Assembly: GCA_040954595.2 (NCBI GenBank)
Contig: CM082585.2
Location: 6,535,808-6,599,807, forward strand
Source: Balanoglossus misakiensis
Taxonomy: Eukaryota > Animalia > Hemichordata
Length of the DNA: 64,000 nucleotides
Direction: 5' to 3'
This document shows, one piece after another, positions 1-15,205 of this stretch. The notes below the pieces were generated by a model. The model was not told the DNA's origin, searched no databases, and saw nothing but the letters and a program-made list of their open reading frames with translations. Made by a program: the position numbers and the translations under genes. How positions within the stretch are numbered: position 1 is the first letter of the stretch; each line of letters starts with the position of its first letter.

Positions 1-92
1 GCAAGCTAGTTGAAGACTGAGGTCAACGTGACTGTAATTTGATCCGAGTGCAGCGCCCTCCACATTATTTATTGGACTCATTGTATTCCAAC

Positions 93-3000
93 ATGGCGGC
101 GGCTTGCGGTGGTATATGCGCCGAAAACCGACCGCTCAAAAGATCGAGGCTTGGACCGCCAGACGTTTACCTCCAAGATCCAAAACAAAAGGAGGTAAGC
201 CTGGAAATGTTTCGTTGTACATTAAACCACTCCTCGATCCTCTATACCTTGTGTTTGTGCCGACCGGAGCGGTAGTACGATTCGTGATCGGAGGGGCAAT
301 GTTTCCGTGTGTATGTTGTTGTGTTCATATCTCTGACGCTCATTTTGTGTTTGTTCAACATTAATTCACGACAGCAACATCGTACCAGTCACAGGATTTC
401 GAAACGATTCAGATTTGGTTTCTGACTCACAGTGAAGCTAGATCCACACAAATTTTACATAATTTTTAAAGGGATAAATTTGAACTACACCGGAAGAAGA
501 CTATGCAAATCTGAGTCCTCGAAGCGCCAGACACCGTAATGAGAGATTCCATTGTAAACATCCGTTGATGATAATACAGTTCAGTTTTTGTATTGACTAT
601 AAACGACACATTTAAATGGCAAAAAATGCATATCTGAGTGTTCTAAAGAAAAATGGTGGTGCTCTTTTTTCGCATGTGCCACCCACTGAAAATTTGTGAT
701 CTCAGTTTGCCATGGTAACTGTAGGTAAATTTGCATGACTGGTATATTGATAAAAAAAGGATGGCAATCACGTCCTCAAATGACCCAAACACAAGGTCAT
801 AATTATAGATTGCCACTTTTTTCTGTTCTGTTTCTGACAATAACTTTGATTTCTTTTGACAGGATGAGTTGACAGCTACCAATGTCAAGCAAGGATTCAG
901 TAACACGCCATTTTTTGGTGATGAGGTATTTCATTTCAGTTGTTCATTTCAAGACAGTTTTTCGAACACTTATGGATCTCAGAATCTCATTGGATAGACC
1001 CAATAGATAGTACACATACCAGTATTATTATTAAAAATATGTGGTTTCATAGACCTCATCATGTTGTATATATTTTTTGTTGTTCACAGTATGGAACAGC
1101 TAGGAATAGCAACATTAATCCAAGTCGGGTAAGTGAAATTCATTCTTGACTAAGTATGAAAGACCATTAGTTATTACTAGTAGCTTCAAAGTATGTTTTC
1201 CACTTTGATATACACATGTACATGTATTTGTAGTGTAATGCAATTATACAATTATCAAAATTACAAGATTAGGCATTTTCATTTTAGAAATGCTATGTAC
1301 AATGTCTGTATATCAAACTTCTATATTTACAAACCATTGCTTTCTGTGTCATATATAAATGATAATGTTTTTTTCTTTTCACAGTTTGGAACCTACTTCA
1401 GTGCTATTATTGCCGAGAAACAGAAGTTGAACACTTTTCAAGACACTGGAAAGAGAAAACAACAGATTAGCAAAGATAATTTCTGGCCTGTAAGTATATG
1501 TGTGCTGTAGTTCAGATAGTTGTAAATCAAATGGACAACAACTCATTTGAACCTCATGCTTGATTTATACCAGGGATTAAGTTCAGGTGTTTGTTGCTGT
1601 TGCTGGCAACGTTCCAAACGCCCACTTGTGCACATGCAAAATCTTGCTGACCCTTTTATATGGATTTTTGGTCATGAAATTTTGAAAATTGTAAAATTCT
1701 CAGTTTTAGATTTATTTTTGCATTGCTTTTTTCTTTGTAGGTGACACAGAGATCCAAGAACTCTTTGCAGACATGGTTTCAAGACTTAGCTGGAAACAAG
1801 TCCCTTATGGTTATGGCCAAAAAGGTAGTTGTTGTCACCTTTATTTGCATCTACAAAATTATAATTTACCTATGCCTGAAGTACAGTGAAATCTGTCTGT
1901 TAAGGACACCTCTGGGACCTGAAAATCTGTCCTTAATAGAGAGGTGTCCTGATTAGAGAGGTGTCTATAATGACAAGTTTCTCTGTAAATGGTCAAAAGG
2001 GTGTGTTTGATTTTTGATTGATATGATATGGTAATGGTATGGTGTGGTGTGGTGTGCTATGCTATGGTATGGTATGGTATGGTATGATATGATATGGTGT
2101 GGTGTGGTGTGCTATGGTAATATGGTATGGTATAGTATGGTACATGTATGGTATGGTATGAACTTATGTGTGACCTGGTTGACCTTTTCAGGTGCCAATC
2201 TTCATCAGAAAAGAAGAAGTATTCAGTTATCTGTGTGAATATTCAGTGCCTACCATCAGAGCGACGTGGTTCATCAAAATGACGTCGGCCTACCACGCGG
2301 CCATATCAGAAGCCAAGATCAAAAAGTCCAGACAAGTCAACGACCCATCACAAGGTCAGTTTTACAGATGTGCACATTCCAAACCAGGAGATTTCTTTCC
2401 AAATCAACAATCTGTGTTTTTTGCTGAATGGAATTTTTGAATCAATTTCTCATAAGTGTCAGTCATATTATTTATTGTATTCAAATATTATCCCTCAGGT
2501 CATTACACATGTGATCTTATTTACTGTAATTGATTTGAGAAGTTGTTTCAAAATTTACTACAATAGTGAAAATATGTAGTGGTATTTGCCATGAAAAGTA
2601 AAAGAGTAGCTGTCAGTGATAACAAGAAAGAAGTCATAGAAAAGCTGCATAACTTTTATATTATTATGGTTCGATTGATTTCAGATTGGACCCAAGCATT
2701 TACCAAATTTTTGAAAGATCAGCTTCACAAGGTGTCGGAGTACTACCATTCGATCGTAACAACCGGCTCGACGCCGTTCTCCACTCCCCCGCCAGAAGTG
2801 GAACATGCCTTGAAGTTGTGGCACTATACGACCAGACTGGCCAGGTATCTCTACCAGGTAAGCACATCACGGTTTTAATTTGTAGTGTACATGAAACGAT
2901 GTCGGCCATTTTCTTGACCCCAAAATGACCTTACATCCATAGGTATGAATCCACCTTATAAAATACAACATTTCTATATTTGCAACTGTAGTCAATGATT

Positions 3001-6000
3001 CATGTACTGATTTACCAAAGTGACTCTCTGACGCGGTATTTCACACAGTTCTTTGACAACCCCATACTACAGGAAGTACAAGGATGTAACATTTTGTAGT
3101 ACTGCAATTTAACTTCACAAATCTTTGTTTCCTGTTAAAATGTTGGATCCATTGGAATCCGAGTGCTTTCTCTCGTAGACCATCTCACGTCTCCTCGTTC
3201 TTGCAGGAAGGAATGATGGACCGCCAAGAGTTCCTTACATGGAAGGTGGAAGTTCTAGAGAAGATCAAATTACACGACGAAGGGTTGCTCAAACTCGTCA
3301 TGCCATTGATTGTACAGGTAAACAAAAAGGGTCCATAGTCTTCGCACAGCCAAAATTGGTTCAAACCCGTTACAGTAAAACTCCAATTATCCGAACTCCA
3401 ATTATCCAAACTGTTTGGTTATCCGAACTGCTGTCATGTCCCCCAAACAGTTCTTTTGTATAGGATCGTTATCCGAATAACCGAACTGTCTGCATATCCG
3501 AACAAAATCAATGTCCCCCTGTCAGTTCGGATAATTGGAGTTATTCTGTATTTTCATTGTTAGCTAATATAGCTTGTATACTGATATGTACTATTCATCC
3601 ATGCTAGATTTTAGGTACATACTTTAGCACTATTTAATGATTGCTGTGATATCTGACTGGTCCCAAGGTCATAAATTCACGTACAGTCCAATCAGACTGC
3701 TCATCATTTCACAATAGATAGTCCTAATCTAGAAAAAATGCCACTAAGAGTCCACTGTAGTGTGCTTCTGAAGAAGTCACAGAGTACATGTAGCGGTACA
3801 AAACAAACAAACAAACAAACACACATTACACATTCAAAACGAAACATGTATTTACTGTTGTTTTCATGCATACATGTACATTTGTAGTGTGGTCCGTTTG
3901 ACTTTGGGCATTTTGTCTGTTCACCTGGACATTGGTATTTTCTAATTACAGTATATAGACGAATTTACCAAGAATCAGGTTCTTTCTCGTCGTCTTGCTT
4001 ACTTCTGTGCAAGGAAACTAGCAGTGTTGTGTAATGAATCCGGTGATGGCCAGACCAGATGTCAGTCTCCTCATGTGACTCAGCCATCTGTTGGGTAGGT
4101 GGAACATTTTGTAGTTTGAGTTCAGTTATAGTTGGATGTTAAGTTGTAGTGGCCTCAGTTCTGAACTTTCTCTTATTTTTTGCTCAAGGCAAATTTACAT
4201 TATTCTGTCTTAAAATTAAGAATAAAAATTGGGGTACAATTTTTAGTTTGCAAGCAAAATTGTTCCAAATTTGAAATTCAAAATGGCTGCCAATTTCTGT
4301 TTTGAACTCTATGGAGAAAATTTAAAGTAGTGATTTGGACTATCATTATTCTAAAAAATCTGTTCCTGAGGCACATACTACATGTACCTTTAATGATATA
4401 AATGAGTCCTTTAATGTATTATCTGCACAAAAACCTAACATTACATCATCAGAGCTTTGGGAATTGATGTTGACAGGATTTTGTCTTGCAGGTCAAATCT
4501 TCCCTCAGGCAACGGACCCACACCACAACCGCCCAACGCATCTCTGAACCCAGTGGTGGCCGTATTCTCCGAATACAACAGCTGTGCCCAGCACAGGTCG
4601 CTGGTGCTGAGCCTGAGCTGTGCGCTGCAGACCATTACGCTGTGCTGTCCCAGCGCTCTGGTTTGGAATAATATCGGCGAGGGCAAGATGGGCACCATGA
4701 CGGGATCTCCGCTGGATTGTCTGCCGTGTGCGCCGTCCAGTCTTCCCCTGGCTCTGCAAAACCCACTTCATGGTCATCAGGTATGCAGAGTCCAGAACAA
4801 AATTAGCTGTTTCTGTCATGTGTCGAAAAAAAGTACTGGCGATGTACACATTGTAGATTTTTTCAGCTCTTTACCATCATTCAAGTTGGCTATGCACTCT
4901 GGTTTGTAGTTGTATGGGGAAACCATACTTTTTTTCTGTGTCGTGAGAGGACATTCTGAACTACTGAATTCAGTCCTCTGAAGAAAACACTGATAAATGT
5001 GTTATTGGTATCTTGGGTGTCTTGCAAGAGTGATACTGATGGGTTGTTCAAAACATTGGGCCATGTGTGGTCGAGGGCTTTGTGTGCAGTGTACTGGATG
5101 AATTGAAAGCGAGTCCATTATCTCACATACAGAGCCTGTCCATAGAAGCCCCTATCAAGCAGTTCAGAAAGTAAACATGAGTGTTTCATCCCATAATCTT
5201 GAAGTTGACAATCATTCACCCTTTCTGCAAGAGACATGTATATCAATATTTGTCTTTTTATTGTATTCCTAGATCCGTGCTGCCATCCGTGCGAGCGAAC
5301 AGCAGATAAAACAGCGCGGTCGCGCCGTGGAAGTTCGATGGTCCTCCGATAAATGCCAGGAGTCTACCGCCGGCTTCACCATCAGCCGGGTCCTCAACAC
5401 TCTGGAAATCTTAGATCGTCATTGTTTTGAGCGCTCGGATTCAACCAACTCCATCGATGCTCTCTACAACAAGATTTTTGGGAGCATGCAGAGCAAAGAA
5501 AACAATGAGGTGAGATGTGAAGATTTTATGTGCTGTGTCGGAATTTACAATTACCTTACTTTGTTAGTTTTGTTTGCTGAAATATATGTGATTGGGGTAC
5601 ATTTTGTAAATCTTGCACGTTCGTGACAAAGCAGGTAATACAATATGAACCAAGCTATTTTGAAGTGCTGTAGATTTAAAATGATCCTGAGGTTTACTTA
5701 GTGAAAGTGGAATAAATTCCTTTACCATGCAAAGTGAACTATCACATTTTATACCTTACCTTAGTTACACAATTTTAGGCTGAGGAGTTCTCAAATCAGT
5801 GTCTGTTTTGAGAAAGAATACACAAATTCACACAAAAAACACTGAGTATGAAATTGACAGTTGACCTTTGACTTTCAGCTACCTGCCAGTGATGACCCAA
5901 TCATTCTGTTGCTGTGCGAGTGGGCAGTGTGTCCTCAGAGGTCGGGTGAACATAGAGCATTAGTGGTTGCCAAGTTACTGGAGAAAAGACAAGCTGATCT

Positions 6001-9000
6001 GGAAATAGAGGTAAACAGAATTTTCATTGATAATTTGATTACTGTACTTCCATTATAGCACCGCTACATCATCGTTGGATCGATTACGTTTGTCTATTCG
6101 TGAAGATGACATTTTACATTTTGAACACAGACTATCGAGCTTATGCTGGTGTAAAACCATTGATTATTGGCTATCTCCAGTCACCTTCACCCATTAACCA
6201 GTATTTTACACCAAAATGCGAACAGATTTTAACTTTGTGATAGTCAGACCAATGAGTGTCAGACATTTCATTTTGAAATCTTCTCAAAGTAACACTCAAT
6301 CATTATTCTTAAAATATATTCTAATAGAAAAATGCTGATAATGATATCTTGGATGAGAAGGAATCCATATCTTCAGCTTCCATCATGAGTAACGGCTTAC
6401 CAATATTTCAGAGTCTACTGCTCCATTTTCTAGACCACCAGGCTCCCATCATGGGTAAGTCTAAATAAATTATCCCAACCGTATACAAGTAATTCAGACT
6501 TACTAGATTTTTATTGCTGGTAAGTTCCAAAATGATGACTGAGTTGTTCTGAACTCAGAGTCTTGTCACTAGGTCCATATCATGACAAGGCCAACAACAC
6601 TTACTACTAGACTTCCATCATGAGAAAGTCTAAATACGACGTTCTCGTCAGGGGCAATTTTAACCCTTTAATCCCACTTCCCTCCGTCTGGGTCCAACTT
6701 TACCATAGAAAACAATGGATTTGGACCAAACCATGGTGGTGACAGGGTTAAAAACAGCTGCTAGACCCTGACCATGGAGAAATACCAAAACAGTCACAAA
6801 ATACTTCAGTGTTTTTTCACAGACCATCATTTCATGCCGTGCCACTCATGGTTTCTGTGATGGCATAACACCTGATGAGTGGTTGAGATACTTCAACATG
6901 CTCCTCTGATCATTCTCTGATTCAAAACGTGTTCACAGATGACAACAGCAGCCAAGAAGAGAGGACGGCGTTTGCAAATCTCGTCTTGTTGTTCTGCGAG
7001 TTGATCCGACACGACGTGTTCTCCCACGACGCCTACATGTGCACCTTGATATCCCGCGGTGACCTGGTGACGACCCCACCACCGCCGCCAAGCGTTCAGT
7101 CCAACCAGGATAATCTGGACGACAGCAATGATAAGATGGACGACATAGCTATCAAAATGGAGGTCAGTGCGAAAGATTTTGTCTAAAATGAACACCAAAC
7201 AGACTTCCAGTGTTTTGGGGGTTGAAAACATATGTAAATTAGATTTTCTGTTGCATATGTATTTGAAGGGGACTAGAAAATATGTTCAAATTAGGCAGCT
7301 CATTATATTCGTCATGGTAACGTATGTCAAACTCAAGAGCAATTAAGAAGTCTGATTTAAATATCAATCAAAGATTTCTGTTTGTCCTTGTGGCCTACAT
7401 TTATATGCTGTGTCACTATGATTTCATTTTTGCAAGTAAACTTTGATTTGATTTGATTTGATTACAGATCAAAGATGAAGACATGGACGATAAGGATGAC
7501 AAAGATGAATTCAGTCTCTTCGAACCTCTGAAAGAAACAAGACGAGACTCGTCATTCCAGGAGAAGTTCCTCGAGGCCCTGAAGGCGGAGAAACTGGGGT
7601 CCCAGCAGAGATTCAAAGACGACAAAATCGACGAGGACAGCAGACAGGCCCTGGCGCTGAGGAGCTTCGTGAAGCAGTCGAAACACCTCCTGTACGCCAA
7701 ACACTTCCCCATCCCGCAGGACGACCTGTCCAGCCACGAGTGCAACCAGCGGCTGGTCGTCCTCTACGGCGTGGGCAAGTCCCGGGACGAGGCCAAGCAC
7801 GGCGTGCGTAAGGTACAAAAGGAAATCCTGAAGATCATCAACAAGAAAGGGGAGAAGGAGAACACGACTCCCAGCAAACCCAAGAGGCACAAGTCGGACA
7901 ATATCGCGAGCCTGGACAGCGTCTTCACCACGTTCCAGGCGCTGTCGTACTTCGACCAGCACGTGGTGACCACGACGTGCGCGAACAACGTTCTGGAACA
8001 AGTGCGGAATTTTCATCAGGGAACCTCGTATCATCTGCCTTCTGTGGACCACATTACGTTTATATTTGACCTGATGGAGTACGCCCTCAACATTGATGGG
8101 TTGCTCGACTTTGCAATTCAGGTAAGGCCTTGGGGGTGTGCTTCACTAAAAGTTGCCTGATATCGTGAACTTACTAGGCCATTTTCATGACCCCTATACG
8201 ATCTTACATCTTTGTTTTCCTGTTTGTAAGAATCAGGTTGACTAAAACCTCTACAAAAACTCCATAATTGCTGGTGTAGTCAATAAATTGTGCTCTGAAC
8301 ATGTAGAAGTCTAAAAAAACAAAAGTGAAAAAAAAAGATTATTTTTTTGTGATTTGTGTTATCTCTTAATGATATTATACCATTTGATATTCACCCATAC
8401 AGTTACTGAATGATATGAGTTTAGTAGAGGCTGAGTTATTGCTGAAATCCTCCAACCTGGCTGGAAACTACACCACCAACCTGTGTCTGTGCATTGTAGC
8501 TGTGCTTCGACGGTATCATGCATGTCTCTTGCTGTCACCCGACCAAACAGCTGATGTCTTCGATTTGTAAGTACAAGAAACTTATCAGTACTAACAATGT
8601 TGACGTTATCTGTGAAAATCACCATTAATTAGTAAGTTTTGTGGCAGCCCATCCATTTTATTGTCACAGTGGAGTTTGTGAGTTGTAATGAAGAGCTTGC
8701 ACTAACAATTTACTTTCACTGACTTGTTTTGTTTATAACAGACTTTGTAGTGTGGTCAAACATGTAGGCAATGTTTCCGACTGTACCTCAGCTGAACGTT
8801 GTATATTGGCGTATCTCTATGATCTGTATACATCCTGTAGCTACCTCAAGGTAAGATCTGCTTTAAAACCTTTTTCATCAACATTCTATCCCACACTTCT
8901 ATGTGGTTGTAGAATTCATTTTATCGACTATTCAACGCGTCGTCATTTTTCAAAAAATAAACCCTCATATCGTTTATCCACATTTTTTCTCAAATTTTGA

Positions 9001-12000
9001 TTAAGACCACAAGACAATGTAAAATTATGTCTACTTGGTCTAAAATTAAGGGAAAAAATAAGAGAAAATTGGTAAAAATGATAAAATGTTGCACCACACT
9101 TTGACAGAGAAGGGTTAAAATTTAATGGTGACAACAAACAGTAAGTTGTATGTGTGATTTTGCAAGCCAGATATGTAAATTTTGAGCACATGAGACGTGT
9201 TTCAGTTTTTAGAATCAGACTGGAAATCGTATACCCAGCCCATCTTCTGTCACTTCACGGTGTGTGTTGTTTGATGTTATGTGTTGCAGGCGAAATTTTC
9301 TGAAGTGTTCAGTGGAGTAGCGTCTAAAGTCAAACAGACTATCTATGCCAGCATTCAACCGTCTGCTTCTAATCTACTCTGGGATCAAGCATTTATGACT
9401 GACTACATCAGCAATCCAAGGTGAGTTTTACTAAATGTCTGAAACCAGTGACAAAGTCAGTATATCTCATCAAATTCTGCTGATGATTCCGAGTTATGGG
9501 TATATTGAAATCATCAGACAATAAATGGGAACAGCTTATTTTTGTACAAAAATAAAATATACTTGCAGTTGATTTAATTTTGTTTTGTTTTACAGAGGTA
9601 AACAATGCCACCATTCCGTTGTTGGTTGTTTGCTGAATGATTCAGCTCAGAATCGATACAGTCTTGTCTGTCAAGCTGTTTTGAATATTTGCAACAGTCC
9701 TGACACAGATAGGTAAGTTGTTCAAAAATACTCGCACAGGGTGTAATTTAAGGAGACTTTGTACTTAGAAAATTTGTTGTAATCAAAATAGTCAAAATAT
9801 GTTCTTTAATCAAAGAAACGTAGTATGTAAGCGATTCTGTGTTATGACTTGACCTCATGGTTTGATTTCAGGTTGAATGACATCTCTGCTCTGTGTGCCG
9901 AGTTGACGGCGTGTTGCAATGCTCTGAGTTCCGAATGGCTGGGTGTGTTGAAAGCTCTGTGCTGCTCGTCCAATCACAATCTGGGATTCAATGATGTCCT
10001 CTTACGGGTTGATGTGAGTAGAGCCAATTGGAATTATCAGTATGAACTGGTGACAGGTGGCCTTTATATACAGGTCAATGAATGCATATGTAATGTACAC
10101 AGGGACTGTAACAAAATGGCCACTATATAGAGGTGGTCACTAACACAGGTTTGACTGTAATTTGTAAGTCCAGTATGTGCAATGTGAAAATAAAAACCGT
10201 GCAAAACTTCCTTTGTTTTTCCAGGTTGTGGATACATCGTTCCATGACTCTGTTGCAATATTCACCGCTATATTGATATCCAGACATTGCTTTTCGCTGG
10301 AGGATGTTGTCATGCATGTGGCAATTCCGTCTATTGTCAACGTCTGTCAGTCAGGTAAGCAGGTTTTCATGATTTACAATGATGATCTTAGTGTGCATAT
10401 CTGTGTGGATTAATTCAAAATTGACGCAAGGACAGTGCTCTGTTAATTACTGCTGGAGGCAAAACATAAAAAGGCAGGGAATGGGAAACTATCATTTAGA
10501 AACTATGTAATCTGATTGGTTGAACTGTGAAGCACTATAATTGGCTGTCATACTGTTGCAGATAGTTGTTATTTAGCCAATGGTATAAAAGCCTGCCTTA
10601 ACAGGTTCAGTGTTTTGTTATTATATTGGAGTATTCATTTGAGTTTTAGTGGCAGAATATTAGTTTTGTGTCATTTGCAATTTCAATGAGTATTCTCACA
10701 ATTTTCAGCTGACTTTAATAGACAGTATCATTTGATTTTGAAACAAATGAGTCAAAAATACATGTCATTTTTTGTTCTGATCGAACTTTCAGCTGGGGTC
10801 GATCTGGATGCTGAACCAGGCGCTCGCTTGACCTGTCATCTCTTGCTGCGGCTTTTCAAAACCACCTACGATCCCAACGACCAGTCGGTCTGTAATCGTA
10901 ACATTGCCAGTATCAAATCGTCGTGCGATCGACATCTGCTGTCTGCAGCTCATCACAGCATCAGTGTGGGTGCGGTGTTGGCTGTGTTGAAGGCTCTGCT
11001 GATGCTGGGTAAGTGTGTGGAGAGGATTTTAGTAGAAATGGAAGCAAGCTATACATACACATGCTCACACACATAGTGATACCCACTGCTTTCATGCATG
11101 CAAAATTTCGAATGCTGGAAAATTGCACACACATACATGCACATGCGCACACACACATACACACACTGATTTCATGCATGCAAAATTTGGAATACTGTAC
11201 TCAAAAATTGCACACGAACACATGCACTCACAAACACACACAATATATCTCATCGATGCAAGGTTCAGAATACATGTACACTAAAATGGCATGAAACAGT
11301 AAGTATATGTACATTGAAAAATATTTACTGTAGCTGTGTCATGCCATCACCACAATCTACTGTACAGTGCTGTTGGAACGCATTTTCCAACTTGTTCAGC
11401 CGTAGACCAATCCGATGCCTGCCCAGGTTTGCACATTTTTCACCCCATTGTCGAAGCTCATTATACATTGCAGAAACAAAAATACAGGCTTCATTAACGA
11501 TAGTGAGAATTAGCTGCCCGTCGTCAACAGAACAAACAGAAAATCACGAGAAATTTTGACTGGGATCTGACACAACATTGTGTGTGTAGGTTATGCACTG
11601 TAACCTGTACAGCAGCCACTCAACATCAACACCCATCATTCTCAACCCTGTCATCCCCCAGTTCCCTTTACAGAGGTCCAACCTTACCTTAGAAAACCAT
11701 GGGTTTGGACTGAACCATGGTGGTGATAGGGTTAACTAATGACGCTGATTCTGACTCTCTCACCAGGTGATGCCAATGTTGGCGGCGGTGGCAGCTCAGT
11801 TCCCGGTCTACTGACGGCCTTGGACGATTTCAGCGACGAGATGTACGGCTACGCCAACAAGCCCATCTCGTCTATCGAATCGGCGGGGTTAAGCGACTAT
11901 GCCAAGTACGTCCTCAAGATGATATGCACTCAGGATTGGGTGCGAGAGAAATGCCTGAAAGACCCGGAGAATCTATGCACACCAGAATTGCTTCTGGATA

Positions 12001-15000
12001 ATGTCTTCACTAACAAACAGGTCAGTTGAGAACTTCAATCATTTTGCTGTTTTGTGATTGTTGAAATATGATTCACTGTAGATGCTTGTCTGTTATATTT
12101 TTGAAGAAATATAGTTGATAACTTCAAGCATGATGATGTTTTACTGTTGGCTTACCTATATGGACGTTTTATGTAAGTCCAAAATAAAGTTAATAATTAA
12201 TAATAACCAAATTTCAGTATTAGTGATAGTGATAGTGAACGCAGACACTGAGAATGAAGATCCAAATCAATAGATGTGATTTATTTTGTAAATAAAGACA
12301 GCCACCACCATCACAATTATTATAAACAAATTAGATGTAATGTTAGCACATTTTCACAAAAACGTAATTTTTGCCCTTTTATTATGTCAATTTTACATTT
12401 GTTGTTTTTCATGCCACATGTGAGTTAATTTCTGATTTTTCATGTGATGTATTTTGCAAGGCGCAACATCTTTTGCAGCTAATCTGCTACCCCAACGGAA
12501 TTCCTACAGCCAACGAAGGCAACGTGTCCGACAGCGAACAGAAACAAACCATTGGTCGTATTTTACGGGTGAGTTGATGATCGTAATGATTGGCAGTTCT
12601 CAGATACTTCATCCAACATTGTTCTCCCCAAAGCGATTAAAGCATAGTGGCCACTACTCTTTAATTAATGCATGTACCAAGCAGTACAGCACCACCTAGT
12701 GTTTTTGTTAAAAACACTGACCACTTAGTTCTTTGTCTTATTTTCAAAATGGCACCAAACATGCGTAGTATAGATTTCTAAATTAAATAACAAATAACCA
12801 TTATCAATATCATTGCTTGTATTTCGCCAACAGACACTTGACCAGTGGACATTGAGAGTCTCCTGCCTGGAGTTGCAGCTGATGTTTAAACAGTGCCAGC
12901 ACTCAGAGATGAACACGCTACTGGACAATATCGCCAAGGCGACCATCGAGGTGTTTCAACAGCAGACGGAAGAGAGTGTTCCGGCAGGAATGATGAACGG
13001 CTCCATGGGAGGCAAACGGAAAATGACAACGCAGCAACTCAGGTGAGTGTTGCCTCAGCGACAGGGGATCATGTGATGTTGTGTGTGCCAGTATCATGTG
13101 GCGATATGCAGGAATCATGTGATTATATATGGGAATCATGTGATGATATGTAGGAATGCCATGCTACCTTTGTGTCGCACACTAATTCTGGCTGTTATGC
13201 TCAGTCAAAGACCTAAACAGAGAAAATTGGAACCAGGTAGTAATTGCATTGAGCTCTCGTCTCCTCCCGATTTTACTAAGGCCAGCTTTGCTGAAAATAT
13301 GGTAATATAAGAGAACACAGATAGCAAAATAAAATGACAAATGTCTGAACAAAATTAAGTTACAGTGTAGCTTATATATTCAGCAATAAAAGTATTTCTC
13401 TGTCAGCATTGAAATGTAAAATATTCTGAAGTCTCAAAATTTAGACTGTTACTGGTGTCTGACTTTGAAGCTAAATTCATTTTGCAGCCTGATTCTGTGG
13501 TGACAAAATGAGTTCATTTTCTTCTCGTATTTCTTGTTTTCAGAGTTGAACAAGAACGAGGCAGTGTGTGGCTGGTGGCACCGTTGATCTCCAAACTGCC
13601 AAGCGCCGTACAAGGCAGAGTCTTGAAAGCGGCGGGAAACGTGCTGGAGAGCGGACACAGTTGTTTCTCGTCCTCCAAGGGCTACAGAGACAAAGATCGA
13701 CATGCACAGAAAAGGTAAATGAGGGAGACAGTTCTCGGGTTTTTGAGATATCAGTTTTTGTGAGAGTGTCTGTCCATGAGATAATGTATGCATCCTGGAT
13801 ACAGTCAAACCTGTGTTAGTGGCCACCTCTATATAGTGGCCATGTTACAGTCCCTGCGCAATTCAAATGTACATTTATTGACCTGTCAATGAAGGCCACC
13901 TGTCTATAAAGGCCAGTTTAAGAAAGTCCCTCGACTGGCCACTATAGACAGGTTCGACTGTAGTCCAACTTCATAGGAGCAACCAGACTTTGCAGCCTTG
14001 TATCAAGTCAGTTTATTAATTTTCCAAATTTGGAATGATTGTGAACAATTCCGTATTGTAAATAATAGTCTGTCACAAGATTGTTAGAACAAGCTCTGTG
14101 ATTGGTCAAATGCATGCATTGAACAGACTGGCATCCAATGGCAGCAGTAAACACAGATTTTTTCCCCCAATCTCTGCAGTATGTCACTACTGAGCCACCA
14201 GCCATTCCTGTCACTGGTTCTGACGTGTCTCAAAGGACAAGACGAACAGAGAGAAGGTTTACTCACCTCGCTGCAGACTCAACTGACACAGTTCTTGCAG
14301 TCACCCAAAGATGTAAGTGCACCAGTCCTTTGAAGGGACATTAGCTGTAACTTTTGGTGTTATTTCCAGTATTTTTGTTCTGTATATGTTGTGTTATGGC
14401 CGAGGGGGCAAAGTTCCTGTTTTGTGAAGTTAATGCTCGATGCAATTTATTTCAGGACCGCTGGGAAGACCCAAAAAGTCGGAAAATGATGCATGAAGCC
14501 CTGCAGTTGAGACTGAGTCTGGTTTGTATAGATTACTCTGTGTTCACCATTATAATTCTATAAATATAGTCGAAACTGAATTTCATATCATATGCTGTAG
14601 AGTTCATATTGTGAACTCAAATATGACGACAAAGTTATTCTTAACATTTTTGAAGAAAGATGAATGTAATATTCGGTCAATATGTACAGTGAAACCTGTC
14701 ATTACGGACACCTGCCTAATCAGGACACCTCTCTATTTAGGACAGATTTTCTGGTCCCAGGGGTGTCCTTAATAGACAGGTTCCACTGTATGTAATTTGT
14801 CGTATTATGTATTCTGTGTTGTAGGTTGGGAGTATGTTTGATACGATACTGAGAAGTAACCAGTGGAGTATGGAGTTTGCGATGTTACTGCTGCAGCTGA
14901 TAACTACAGGCACTGTTGACATCCATGCTAGTGGGTCAGTACAGTCTAAAACATTGATCTTAGTGCTAAGGCTGTCTAAATTGTGTACAAAATGACAAGT

Positions 15001-15174
15001 TCTGTTCACTGCATGGAAAGAAGTGGTTTTATTTCAAAGCTTTGCCATTATTAATTGATTTCAGAGGATCAACGATTACACATTTCCTAATAAATAATGT
15101 AAACTGATGATTGTAGAATGAAATAATTCTTTAGTAATTTAAATTGACTGATGACATAATGTTGTGTTATTTTT

Positions 15175-15205
<31 letters not shown>

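Noticed and set aside
7416-8052. Minus-strand ORFs of 109-166 aa (likewise 16254-16640, 21195-21839 and 24814-25401)
   Set aside because: Antisense shadows of GC-rich or repetitive coding exons on the plus strand; no independent motifs.
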